A stretch of DNA of 64,000 nucleotides from Microthyrium microscopicum (lineage: Eukaryota), in contig MU004236.1 of NCBI GenBank assembly GCA_010405405.1, positions 998,070 through 1,062,069 of the forward strand, given 5' to 3'. The notes under the pieces were generated by a model. It was given only the letters and a program-made list of their open reading frames with translations, did not search any database and was not told where the DNA came from. How positions within the stretch are numbered: position 1 is the first letter of the stretch; each line of letters begins with the position of its first letter. The translations under genes and the position numbers were made by a program. Positions 23,801 through 36,260 of this stretch are shown in pieces.

Positions 23801-26800
23801 GTAGTTAAGATATCTCCTAATAGAAGGTTTATTCTTAATTCTAAAGTAGATATATATATTTATAATAATAGATCTTACTTTAAGATATATAAGAGTATTC
23901 CTAGTTCTTTAATCTATAGTAGAGTCTCCTTATAAGTTATAAGATATAGTAATATAAATATTACTATTTTAAGCTCTAAAAAATACTAAATAATTACTTT
24001 TTATAATATTACTTATATATCTAGCTTTTATAAGAATCTAGCTTTCTATTATAAGATAAAAGCTATAGAATATTACTAGAATAATAAAATAGGCTAGATT
24101 AGGCATATTAAAACTAAAAAGCTTCTAGCTAAGATTATTCCTTCTAACGTTTACTTTCTCTTTAAAAATAATCCTTACTATACCTTTCCTATAATATTAT
24201 TACTTCCTTATACTTCTATAGCTTCTATATCTAAATAGTACTAATAGATAGGTTATATTAATAAAGCTATAATATTTTATATAGAATATGCTACTAAAGG
24301 CGTAAAAATTACTCTAAATATTACTCTTTCTAAAGATGCTAAAGATAATAACTACTTTTATAAAATCTATATTAAAATAAAATAAAAGAAATAAATCTCT
24401 TATTAACTAATAAATTTAGGCTTAAAGCCTTTTAAGAAGCTTTATATTAATCTAATTTAGATTAAGAAAGGCTATAATAATAATTACTAGATTATTTATG
24501 CTTACTATATTATTATAAAGTTTTATCTACTAAAAATACTTTCTTAAAAAATATAAGAGAACTATATTTAATTCTTATGCTACGTACTTACTATTATTAA
24601 GAATATAGGTTATAAAGTAGGTAATATTAAATATAAGGTCCTTTAAATCTATAAAAATTATAAAGCTATAATAAGTAAGAAGTAGGATAATAAGATCTAA
24701 CTAAATAATATTATTAAAGAACTATCTATACTCTATACTACTTTATAAAATAGTTTTATAGAAGTATTAAAATAAATCCTAATGTTTATTATAAGGGCAC
24801 TAAAATAATATAGTAGCCTTCTAGATACGTTATAGCCTAAACTTGCTTACTTAGTAGTATATTTACTTAATAGAATCCTAAAGAAGTAGCTAAACTAGAG
24901 AATACCCTTTAAGATAGTATTTAAATAAGTACTAGATCTCTTATTAGTCTAAATTATTAGCTTAAAAGCTTATGTTTATAATCCTAATATTCTAAAGCTT
25001 AAAAAGCTTTAATCTTGCTTAATTAAAGGCTAGCTAATAAGTTATACTAAAAGCAATATCTTTAAAGTCTAAATTCCTTTAAATAACTATATTATTAAAG
25101 CATAAGATATTATAATTAATAAAACTATTAAATTTAACGCTACTACGCTTACTATAATTAATAACTAATCTACTAACGTACCTCTAAATATATTGCTCTC
25201 TTGTCTTAAAATAAATATTAGTAGTAGTATATTTAACTTATAAGAAGCTAAATAATAGCCTAATTAAAATTAGGAGGCATAAAATAATTAATAGTAAGAA
25301 TAAGATAGCTATTAGACTTCTAAAAATAATTCTAATTAACTTATATTTAATAACTAGCTAATAATACCTAATCCTATATTATTACTACTATCTTAGCCTT
25401 TTTTATAATATCTAATACCCTCTATAAGTTTATTACCTACTTAAGATTATACTAAATTAAAAGAGGATACTCTAAAAGATTCTACTCTTATAATTCTACT
25501 AGTATTGCTACTAGCTACCTTAATAGCTTACCTAAAATAGTAATATATTACTAAGTATAAATAAGAGATCTAAGCTTCCTAAAATGTTTCTATATGCGCT
25601 ATAAGAAGTAGTTATATTCTATAATCCTTAAAGACTACTAATCTAGCACTCTATAAACTTTACCTCCTTATCTTATTATATTATATGTTCTCTATAACTT
25701 TAGTTTAATGCTACTATAAAAGAAATATATTAAAATTACTAAAAATATAGTCTAAAATAATAAAATACCCTAATTAAGACTAGTATCTTTTAGCTACTAG
25801 AATTAAGATTAAAATACTTTAGAAATAAGATATATTTAAAGAGGTCTATACCCCTTAAACTAATAAGCCTATTCTATCCTTAAAGTAGATATTCTTAGAG
25901 AAGTATAATTTAAATAACTTCCTTCTTAAATATAAGACTAGAATTTATATAAAAGGAGATTTATAGTACTAAAATCTAGAACTAAAAATTTATACTACTA
26001 CTAAAGCTTATTATATATTATATATAATTCTTGTATTAATAACTACGTTTAATCTAGATCTTTACTAATTTAATATTATAAATACCTTCCTAAATACTAT
26101 TCTAAATAAAATAGTTTTAATTTAATACTCTAAAAGCTTTAATATTTCTAGAAAAGTCTTACTACTTTACTACGCCTTTTATAAACTACTAAGATCTTTA
26201 TTACTATAGTATTAAGATATAAGAGCTACCCTCTATATAATAAAGTTTAAGCCTATTCTAAAAGACTTCTATTTTTTTAAATATATTTAGTATTTTATTT
26301 TCTTCTTTTATTATATTAATAACTTTCTCCTTTTCTTACTAAAAGTATATTAAGTAAAAGTAGATAAAATAAAATATAAACTTAGTATGTACTATGCTAT
26401 AAGGGATTTAAGTACCCTAAAAAGCTTTCTTAATATTTAAATACTTTAAGATTAAGCTAATTAAAAGCTCTAGATCTTATAAAACTAGTATATTAATAAA
26501 ATTAGCATTAAATTCTAGCTTAATATTATAAAGAAGACTAAATATATTATTTCTATCTTAAATCTTATTAAACTTATTCTAAATAAAGAATAAATATCTA
26601 AAGATTAGATCTATGCTTTCTAAATATATTATAGCTTTATAATTTATCTTATAATAATATATAAGCTAAATATCTATTATGTAGCCTCTTATTTAAGCTA
26701 TTTTAACTAGAATCTTTCTAAGCTTTATTATTATAAGATTAAAAAAACTATTCTATATCTTTAAGTAATAAAATACCTTACGCTTAAGTATTATAAAACT

Positions 26801-27561
26801 ACTAAAGTATTTACTACTAATAAAGAAGTATTTCTTATAGCCTATAATGCTATATTTATAAATAATTAAGAGACTTAAAGATTAACCTAAAGCTTTTTAT
26901 TTAACCTATTTAAAGGACCTATTAGCTAATAATCTTTATACTAAAAGATAATCTTAATATTTATAATAAAAGTAGAACTTCTATTCTTCTTAAATGCCTT
27001 AAAAGAGTTAATCTTAATCTAATGCCTCTTTTTATAGCTTAAGTTTAATCCTAATATTAAAATACTAATATTAAATAATAATACTTAAATAGTAGGTATT
27101 ATAATAAAGTAGGCTTAGCTTTTATCTTTTAAATTAAAGTATGTTAATATATATTAGTTCTAGCTTTATTAAGAAGTTATAAAGGGCTATATCTTTATTA
27201 AATAGGTTCCTATAAGTAAGATACTAATAGATAGTTTAATAAAAGCTCTTTCTTTATAAGAATATAAGAAGTTTAAGAAGATACTAAATTTAGTAAATAT
27301 AAAGTACTTAATACTAGTTTAAGAAGATTTTTTTTAGAACGCTATAAATACTTTTATTACTACTATAAATTACTAAATCTCTTATATTTTTATATAAGCT
27401 AGATCTTTTATATTAGGGCTATTTAATAGTATTCTTTATTTCCTATTTTAACTAGTTTTAATATTTTAGTAGCTTAGTCTTAGAAAACCTAAAAATTAAT
27501 ATTTCTTTATACTTAATACTAAATATATCTTAAGATCTATAAGTTAAAAACTTAAGGAATA

Positions 27562-27856
27562 TAATAAAAGGTTTATTCTAAACCTTAGATCTATACTAGT
27601 CCTAATTTAGGATTAGGAAGTAAAAATACTAAAATTTAGCCTCTATTAGCTATTATATCTTTTTGCCTTTTCTACCTCTTTTTATATATTACTTTTACCT
27701 CTATTATAGCCTAAATTCTAGGCTCTAAGAAGATACGTTTTACGTCTTTAATGAGGTATAAATACTATAGTTATTATAGTAGTTAGTTAATTAGATTCTT
27801 TAATGTTCCCTTTACTAATTCTGCATTCCCTGAGCTATACGGACCGTATTCCGTCA
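27562..27856 (+). repeat. 3' LTR of Copia copy 2
   Basis: Direct repeat of 20510-20804, preceded by a degenerate purine tract (aaggaata). Ends CCGTCA followed by the TSD. Confidence 0.93.
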
Positions 27857-28401
27857 CTAGTCGTCCCTCTCCGGAACTTCAATCGCCGACGTCTTTCCTT
27901 CTCTACACTTCCTCCTTTTCTTGTTTAAATCGTAGCGATTCACGATGAGCGACTTAAGGGACATAAATTCACTATGTTCGGCGCGTCTAGCTCAAACTCT
28001 AGGATCGTGCATCCGTATGCTTGAAAGTGGATTCAGTTTCGAGGTCCATCTTATATCAAGCCATTGTCATGACAATCTTCGATGGCAGAAAACCAGCATT
28101 CTCGGAGAGTCGGAGCTAGTTTGTCTTGAGTAATCCGGAAAGCTCAAGTTCCTCTGGGTGGATTTGTGGCATTGCTGGGCAGCAAAATCACCAAGTCGGG
28201 ATGTATTACCCTCCTTTGATAAAAATACGACAGTGGTGCAGCACAGCCTGGCTTGCGAACCCCTGCTGCAAACTGCGAGCTCAAGGCTGAGTCCTGACAC
28301 TAGAGCCGAGCCTGGTGGTAAGCATGAGCAGTTGGTATTCTAAAAGCATACTTTCAGTAATCCGTGATCCGGATATTATTGATGACCAGAATCGAATATT
28401 G

Positions 28402-28410
28402 TATATAAAA
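28402..28410 (+). promoter_or_regulatory. Probable TATA box of the LsdA-like gene
   Basis: TATATAAAA ~150 bp upstream of the ATG at 28553. Confidence 0.4.
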
Positions 28411-28552
28411 TCGCCAAGATGTGATCTTTATGTGGTATATCCATTCCATCTCAACCTCATCTGTCAACAGTCCGCCATTTCCTTAGTACTATTTCTTATA
28501 TTTCTTATTTGATATTCCCTATTTCACACTATCGATAATTTCTGGTTTAGTC

Positions 28553-29863
28553 ATGCATTCCATTTTTTCCATCGCCCTTGTTGGTGCCAGCCTCTTTACT
28601 GGTTCTCTTGCAGCGCCTACTTTCAAAGCCAATAGTACTTCAACTGGTACTGGTTCTTACAACCTTACTCCATCAGGTACATCCTCTAGTCCTCCATCAG
28701 GAACATCTTTGAGCGCAGATGGCTTTCCTTCGCCAAATCCAGACCAGCTTAAGAAGATCGAATTGCTTGCTCACGGCACACTATCAAATGCGCCACCTCC
28801 ACCACCTGGAACCATCAGCGCTGAAGGTATATACCCATAACTTTCCCAAGATAATTTGGCTCAGTACTAATGAGAGTCAGGACTTATTAACCTTCGCTTT
28901 ATCGAATTCAATGAAAACTTTGAGGTTGCTTTCTTCACAAGCCTTCTCTCCAATGTGACCAACGGCATCTCTGGCTTTCAAATCAGTGACGAGAAGGAGC
29001 GCTCTCTCGTTATTGAGGCCTTGACTGCTGTTGTGGCTGTAAGTTTATATTTCCCAACTTGACTTCTTCGATTGAACCTAACACCTTTGCAGCAAGAAGA
29101 ACTCCACGCCCTCAATGCTGCCGGCGCACTGAAAAGCCAGAACCAGGACACAATCCTTCCTTGCAAATACCAATTCCCAACGACCAATTTCGTTGATGCT
29201 ATTACACTCGCAGCCACATTCACCGATGTTGTCCTGGGAACACTCCAGGATGTGAACCAGATTTTCGCCCAGAACAACGATACTGGTGTCCTCCGTGGCC
29301 TCGCTTCTATCATTGGTCAGGAAGGAGAACAAGACGCTTTCTACCGTCTGCTTCAAAACAAGAATCTCATCCCTAGTGCGCTTCCATTTCTCACCACTTC
29401 AACCCGTGACTTTGCTTTCAGCGCTCTCCAGGCCTTTGTCGTTCCCGGCTCATGCCCCAACGAGAACTTGATCTCCAAGGACCTCACCATCTTCGGCGTT
29501 CTCACCTTGGATACCAAGAATGTTCTTCCTAAAGATCAAAACCTGGCTTTCGAATTCGACTTCAAGTCCCTTCTCAACAGCAACCTCAAGTTTACCTCTG
29601 GCACCAAATATGACAGCAGCTATGACTGGAGCAAGGCTTCCCTCGTTTATATCAACCAACAGAACTTGCCTATCGTCGAGAAGCTCCAGAACGTCAAGCT
29701 CTCCGGTACTGTTGTCTCTTTTGAAGCCTTCTTCCCATTCAGTGCCAACGAGCTCAACGGACTTACTCTTGCTGCTGTTACCACCAGCGCTGGTCCATTT
29801 GCCAGCGCGCAAGCCGTTGCTGACGCCAGCATTTTTGCCCCTGCTTTGATCGAGGTTAACTGA
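28553..29863 (+). CDS. Secreted ferritin-like-domain protein, late sexual development (LsdA-like) family; 3 exons (28553-28826, 28881-29038, 29093-29863)
   Basis: Signal peptide MHSIFSIALVGASLFTGSLAAP. DGFPSP, FNENFEVAFF, AQEELHA, PCKYQFP, FTDVVLGTLQD, SIIGQEGEQ..YR, PFLTTS motifs. GT-AG introns restore the frame. Confidence 0.8.
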
Positions 29864-30074
29864 TGTCGATATCTGAGAAATGATCGGGCGTTTTAGGTTC
29901 TGGCTAGCATTGCCTCGGCGTTTTTGCTTTTAATCTTTTAAAATTTAATGTTTCAATGTTTTAATACACACAGTCGCTTATCCAGCCTTGATATTTAATC
30001 CCTCATTTGTAGTATAGACCTAACAAAAACACTTTGATTATACAAGATTATGTGATTATAAAGGTTGGGCTCGA

Positions 30075-32555
30075 CTAGCGCTTGTTGACACCGTGATTAG
30101 TCTGTTTTTCTGTCGGCGTGGTAGTATCCATCTCTTCAAACATTTCCCCTTCTGACATTGTAGGCTTTCGCCTGCCCTTCCCAGTGACATCGGCAAAAAT
30201 GGCGCTGAAAGTCCTAGCCATTGTATGCCGTCCCTCAAAGAGAGGGTACAGCCCAACGCAAAAGGCAGAACAGAACATCCAAAGAATTCCAATTGATACC
30301 CAGCCAGTGAAAAACTTCTTGGAAAAAACGTAACCGGACCCATACATCGGCATCGGCCAAAGCACCAGTAATGCCAGAGTGAGGAAAACGGTCAGCCAGC
30401 GGGCTGTTTTGGCTGCTTTGAGAAGCAGTGCCTGTTCAGCCTCATCTTCGGCGGCGCTTTCTTCCTGGCTTCCGGGCACCATCTCTAGATCGAAGTGGGC
30501 GGCAAGAGCAAGGTCGTGATCGTCGCCTTTTTTGATCTCCTTCATAGACTCCCAGTTGTAGTTGTCGGCTCCAAAGGCAAATGTAAGAACGGGAATGAAA
30601 ATAAGGGGTGATAGTAGAGCCACCACATTTCCTGCAAGCATGGGATCATTTGCGCCAGTGGTCTCAACTGTCAATGCTCCACTCTTTTTCTTTGCTGTAA
30701 TGAGCCAAGCCAGAAGCGAGACACATAAGCCTAAGGGAGGTGTGAGGGTGGCGGCCCACCAGTTTTGCTTGGTCCATAGGAGTGTGAGAGCAGCAGGAAG
30801 AACGGCAGATGAGATGATTACACCCATCAGCAGGTACAGATAACCCATGGAAATGCCCACGTAGTATAGACCTGTAGAGAAGCCAGCCATTACTATCGCG
30901 TAGACGACAACGGCGCAGTGACTTGTATAGATTAGTGTTCTACCACTGGCTGTTGGCTTGATATAGGTTTGATAAATGTCGTAGGTGAAAAGAGTTGAAA
31001 CCGCAATCAGCTCAGATGAAGAAGCTGACGTTACTGCCATGAAGACGAGGATCAAAGCTGCAGCGGCTCCACCTGATCCTAAAAGGGCCACTGCTGCAGC
31101 TGGAAGTACGAGACCAGCAGAAACGTCTGATGGATCCACTAAAGACTGTCAGCATCCCTTTCTTTCCTCGATTGACGCGTCTTTTCGGAACTCGATATAT
31201 GTAAAGCAAACCTGCCTTATCCTGCCAGTAAGAAGTGAACTCGAACGTTGAACATCATTCTTGGGGCTCCAGTCCGGTTTGGCGGACGTTTTCAACAGAA
31301 GCGAGGAGTAGTACTTACGTCTGTCCGGATATGTAGGGAACACAGGGTTTCCCTCCAGGGCGAGGGCAGCAAGGCCCATTGTAGTCGCTGCAAGGAACGG
31401 AATGGCAAACCACTACGATACAGGTCAGTATGCTTATGAATACCGGAATCTTAAGCTTTACTGACCGATAAACCACCAGCTACATAGCCAGGTAGAGCAT
31501 GGACAGGGTGAGCGGCGATGGCCTTGTTGTAGTATCCATTGTCACAAAAGACTGTTCCGAAATTGCCCACAATGTTCTGGTCGAATTAGTATAGATGTCC
31601 GGACACCATTACCTGAGGGTTAACGTACGATCACAAAAAATATAGCTCCTTCCTTAGAGCGCATGGTAAGATATGAACCTTCGGCATTGCCAGCGACCGG
31701 ACTAGTGTCTCATCAGCAAAGTACTCCTTAATTCTTGCTTCAACTTACTGTTTTTCAGCTGCTTCAACCAAAAGATCGTAGACTTTGCTAGGCGAACCAA
31801 GATGTACACTAGTGGCATAGGCAGTGAAAGCAAACGTTAAGAGAACAACCAGAATCACAACCTGAGCACAAGTTTAGTACTTCTCCCGCACGGACGTTAA
31901 AAAACTTACTGTATGTACGTAATCGGTGAGAAAAGTCGCCTTGATTCCTCCAAACATTGTATAGACTACAACGCCTACTGGAAGGAGAAAGCAAGCGGCG
32001 GCCGTTGGCACTCCCGTCAAGGCGTGGACCACGGCTGAACCGCCTGTGAGCAACATTGCAGTGACCAATATATTCGTCATCAAACCAAACACGATATATA
32101 CACAATGTGTCACTGCGCCATATCGTGCGCGAATGACCTCGAGAAATGTGTGAGCATTTGGAGCCCGTCTTTTCAGTTCAATAGCTAGGGTTGCGAAAAG
32201 AATGATCTGAACCGTTGCTCCCGACGCACTTTGAAAATTAGCATCATCCAAGAAGTTCGAAAACATCCTTAACTTACTACCAAAAAGGACCAGATATGCC
32301 ATAATTGTAAGCCACAGAGCTTGACTGAAGTAGCGTCGCGGCCCAGGTCCAAGACGATACCACTGCTGCGGAGACGAGACCAGACTTTACTGTACGACCA
32401 GCAGTGGAGAACATCTCACTCGTCTGAAGCTCATAGTTGTATCTTTTAAGAACAAACGTAGTCAAGATCATGCCAAACGCGAACAGGAACCCGACGCCAA
32501 TGATAACGCCGTAGCCTGTTGCTGTACTCAGCGGAGGGGTGATGTGCGCTCCCAT
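30075..32555 (-). CDS. DUR3: Urea active transporter (sodium:solute symporter family), multi-exon
   Basis: [106 protein letters not shown]. Confidence 0.92.
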
Positions 32556-33957
32556 TCTTGCTCAGCTACTAGGTAGAACTAGAGCCCACAGGTCAAAGGA
32601 GGTAGTAGAGAGTCATAGGCGATATAAAGTTATGCGCAAAAGCAAGGCGAGTCGTTACAACGATTGCTCTTAAAGGCCTGCAGATATCCTGGTCAGATTG
32701 GGCCCAAGCTCCACTGTATGTACAAAGCGTGGCGTTTGGGAGGGAGAACGCTTGCTGGGAACCAATGGCACGGGTTCTGGGGTATTAGGGACCAGGCTGT
32801 GGGTTGTTCGACATAGTGGCACTACACTTAGTGGATTTTGCCCTCAACGTTCATATGCCTAAGCGAGGAATCATTGGGAGATGTCGACACATTGAGGAGC
32901 TCGCAAGCTCGTGTAAAACTCTTGATCAGAAAAGGTGTTGTGGAGTTCGAGGTCTTTGGTAGGTGAAGCATTGAGGTTGTGAAATGCGAGGTTCGCCCAG
33001 GCCAAACAATGGAGAGCTTCTTGTAGAATTGAGCAGAATTATTTCGTGACGAGGTACGGACTACCGTAGGCCAAGGCACTTATACAAAGGCGTACTTAGC
33101 TCGACGTTGATACCATTGATTTGGCCTCTGGAGTTTAGAGAGCCTTCTGCATCATTAGACCTGTGCTTCGCAGTCTGCATCATTAGTGTGCATACATCAT
33201 ACACCCTTCATAAGTAGGTTTAAAGACTTCAATGATGCCTTTATTTGAGGCCAAACGCTGTTTCGACCGCGTTGAAAGATGTTTTCGATCTCAAAAGCTA
33301 TCCCATCAATTGCTCGCTGTTGAGAAGAGGTTAGGTAAATACATGTGGTAAAGAGATAAGGTTTTGGAGCTAAACCTCTTTGAGAACAACCTCGCGTGGC
33401 GGATCTCTTCCCGGCGCTAGTCGCAGACTTGACGTGGGGGCACAGGGCAATCTCTCCTTTTGACTTCTAGAAGGCCATACAGCAATACCAACTACGACAA
33501 CCTTTACCATCATCACAGTTAGGAGCTCCAATTACGCTTCATTTTCTCAGTCGCAAAACGTTGCCGTTGGCACTAATTGCGTCCTGTGTCTCACATAGGC
33601 AGGTCACGAGTCCGAGCATCGATTTGGGAAAAGCGGTCGAATCGAACAAAATGGGCCTCTATAGACCATGGAATATATACTTGTAAATGTAAAGAAGAAC
33701 AATGCGAAAAGAACGAAGGTATCTTCACGTTTGGAAAGATTTGGACAAATGGTATATAGGTACCTCAGTACCTAAGTACCTACCTAGGTACCTACCTAGG
33801 TAGCTAAGCTTTTCTCTTGGTTTTAGGCCACATTTTGTATGTGATGGACTCATTTTCATGGTTGCATTTGTTCCACCGCGAGATGGTATCGCTGCCAACG
33901 ACATTAATGAGTTGCTTTGAACTGCTTTGCCTCCCTTCTCTTACTCAATACGGATCA

Positions 33958-35799
33958 TCATAACCACGAAGATTTACGTTTAGGACGCGCTGGTGGAGCT
34001 GATTGCGAATGTTGTGGCAACCGACATAATTTACTGACGATGTTAACAGCTGCCCAACCCATCCTAGTCTTTCTTGCGCTTACTCTGGCAGAAAGCCTGG
34101 CTTTGGTTGACCGCGTCTTTATCAATAAGCCATGTGCCTGAGCGCTTCGAAGCGAAGTGTGATGCCTTCTCAGTGCATCTGGTCGTCTTACGAAATCTGT
34201 GCTCGAATTAGTCTCTCGACTCCTCAGTGTACGTGGCTCTGAACTGGTAGTGGTAGCAGTGCCTGGTCGGTTAGAGGTGGTTGCTGCCTCTTCCAGGCCT
34301 GACTCTACAGTCAATCGGATATGGGGATCCATGATTGGAGTGGGAAGTAAACTTACAGGACTAGAGATAGAGGAAATTGCAACGGGGCGACTGAAGCCAG
34401 AGGGACTGGAAGCAGCGGGACTGGAGGCAGCGGGACTGGAGGCAATGGGACTCGAGACGGGGTGATTCGAGACTGGGCTATGGGGGCTCTCTTCAAATGA
34501 AAGCGCAGGCGTTGCAGGGCTACTAGCAGTGGTATCAGAAAATCGGGACACTCCCCATCCCGCGCGTGTGCCGCTGACTGGCTGAATGGGAGAATCCTGA
34601 CGCACAGAACTCGCAACTGTGATATCGGTCCAAGTTCTTGGGGCCTCTGAGCTCAAGTTTGTAGGAGCTGATGGGTATGTTGAGGATAACGGGGGTGAAT
34701 GAAGAACAACGGGTTCTGCTTGTGGCAATGTAGCGGGAATTTCTACAGTGTCCGCTGTGCCCGGCCTGGAGGAGTTAGCCACTTGAAGCACATACGCTAC
34801 GTCTCCTTGAGCAGTCAGTGGAGAAGGGATTGCCGAAAACCTGCTGAAATCGGATAGCATACTGAAGCGGTTGATATGCTCGATCTTGGAGAAACGGTTA
34901 GCATCTACGCTTCCATTACTGACTGTACTTGGGCATCTCTCGTCCACGATCAATGCCAAGGGGATCTGATCGCCATTTTCAGGAACTTCTAGGACTGGAT
35001 TCAAGTTGTCAGAAGCACCCTCACGTAGGTTTCTACGCGGACGTGGGTTTGGTATCAAGGATGGAAGAGCGTATTCTCCAGGGCGTAATGGTCTACTAGG
35101 AGGGACTTGTATAATCTCATAGCTTGGTGCAGCCTGAAACGTGAGCCGCTCATAGCTTTGTCCGGCCTCAAAGCTCAGTCTGGCTTCATACCTTAATCTC
35201 GCCTCGGGGTTCGTTATGATCTCTACAGTTTTCTTGATCTCCCCAAAGCCTTTTGCACATTTGGCTTTTAGTCTATCCTTTGAGGTAGGTTTTGGTTCCT
35301 TCCCATGCTTTACAGGCTTTTTATCAGACTTAAGCCTACGTGCTACGGACGATATGATACGACCAAAAAACTTGGTCTTTGGCTTATGTTCATTCATAGG
35401 CTCGGAACGAATCTTCTCCTGCTTTGTGCTTACGATCTGAGCTTTACTGGACCGTATACGTCTGGGGACTACTCGGTCTACAGGATTTTGCTTTGTTGGA
35501 AGTTGGGGAAGTTCTTTGTTGACATTCGCTAGAAGTCTCTCAAATGTCTCATGTGAGTTTGGAAGGGCTGGGAGCGCTTTCTTATGATAATATGGCTCGG
35601 CCATTAGCTCGGGGTAGCGTGTTCGAAGAGTACTAGGGGACAGAAGTTCTCCTAGAACAGAAAAAGGACGATCCACGGCTTGCACGCCTGGTGCTCGAAA
35701 AGCAGGACGTCGTCTACGAGTATTCCTGTTCCCGGTTCTTGGATATGTCTCTATCGAGGACGAACCTGATAGATTGGAATAAGAATGACTGGGCATCAT
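33958..35799 (-). CDS. Hypothetical Ser/Pro/Arg-rich, largely disordered protein (~613 aa from first ATG)
   Basis: Uninterrupted ~1.9-kb ORF with no recognisable domain. First ATG at 35799 (the ORF track starts at an upstream TTG). Confidence 0.7.
   Translation of the reverse strand: MMPSHSYSNLSGSSSIETYPRTGNRNTRRRRPAFRAPGVQAVDRPFSVLGELLSPSTLRTRYPELMAEPYYHKKALPALPNSHETFERLLANVNKELPQLPTKQNPVDRVVPRRIRSSKAQIVSTKQEKIRSEPMNEHKPKTKFFGRIISSVARRLKSDKKPVKHGKEPKPTSKDRLKAKCAKGFGEIKKTVEIITNPEARLRYEARLSFEAGQSYERLTFQAAPSYEIIQVPPSRPLRPGEYALPSLIPNPRPRRNLREGASDNLNPVLEVPENGDQIPLALIVDERCPSTVSNGSVDANRFSKIEHINRFSMLSDFSRFSAIPSPLTAQGDVAYVLQVANSSRPGTADTVEIPATLPQAEPVVLHSPPLSSTYPSAPTNLSSEAPRTWTDITVASSVRQDSPIQPVSGTRAGWGVSRFSDTTASSPATPALSFEESPHSPVSNHPVSSPIASSPAASSPAASSPSGFSRPVAISSISSPVSLLPTPIMDPHIRLTVESGLEEAATTSNRPGTATTTSSEPRTLRSRETNSSTDFVRRPDALRRHHTSLRSAQAHGLLIKTRSTKARLSARVSARKTRMGWAAVNIVSKLCRLPQHSQSAPPARPKRKSSWL
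34402..34461. repeat. Coding minisatellite, 15-bp unit x ~4 (SSPAA repeats)
   Basis: gggactggaagcagc gggactggaggcagc gggactggaggcaat gggactcgagacggg. Confidence 0.7.
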
Positions 35800-36260
35800 A
35801 GGCTCAAGATGCCTTGAAATATACTCTGGATTCCTCGTTCTGGCAAGAGGAAGGTGAGATACTATGTTATAAATGGAAATAATGAGATACCAGATCTCAA
35901 CATTTGTTGCTAGATACCTTGCTATCAACAAAGGCTTGGTAGGTTCTTATATTAGATATGAGCGGAGAAGCTTTTGATAAGGACTACTCGAGAATCAAAG
36001 AACAAAGCCCATCTAGAGATAAAAGCATGATAGAGAAGGACAAAGAATCAACAATGGGATAAAGGCATTATTCGCTTATATCGTTTTGTATCATTATCCT
36101 CGAATGCAAGAAAATACAAACGACACGTCAGACTCTGTAAATGTTTTAAAAATTCGCGGATTGAATTCATCTACGCGTATGATAATAAATTTAATGATAA
36201 CAAGAAGGCTAGTCAGCAGCCTGGTATCTCATGTAAACGCCCTTGGTCCAAGTAAATGCT

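Larger units (their letters stand above)
20510..27856 (+). mobile_element. Full-length Ty1/Copia LTR retrotransposon (7347 bp), RIP-inactivated
   Basis: TG...CA termini (TGACAGAA...TTCCGTCA), two 295-bp LTRs and a 5-bp TSD CTAGT (20505-20509 / 27857-27861). Mentally back-mutated motifs occur in Copia order: SH3-like GWLMGY..NIFKVWIP (~25025), RT KYKARIC.RGDLQ (~25930), FDL..QFDV.NAFLN (~26050) and YVDD (~26312), then RNaseH SDA.FADD..TRRST, TEAELL, KHVDIHQFWLRQ and ADGLTKAL (~26840-27250). Confidence 0.96.

Noticed and set aside
33759..33810. ggtacctcagtacctaagtacctacctaggtacctacctaggtag (similar tract at ~14180-14230)
   Set aside because: Short low-complexity TAGG/TACC tracts near gene 3' ends with no evidence of element structure.
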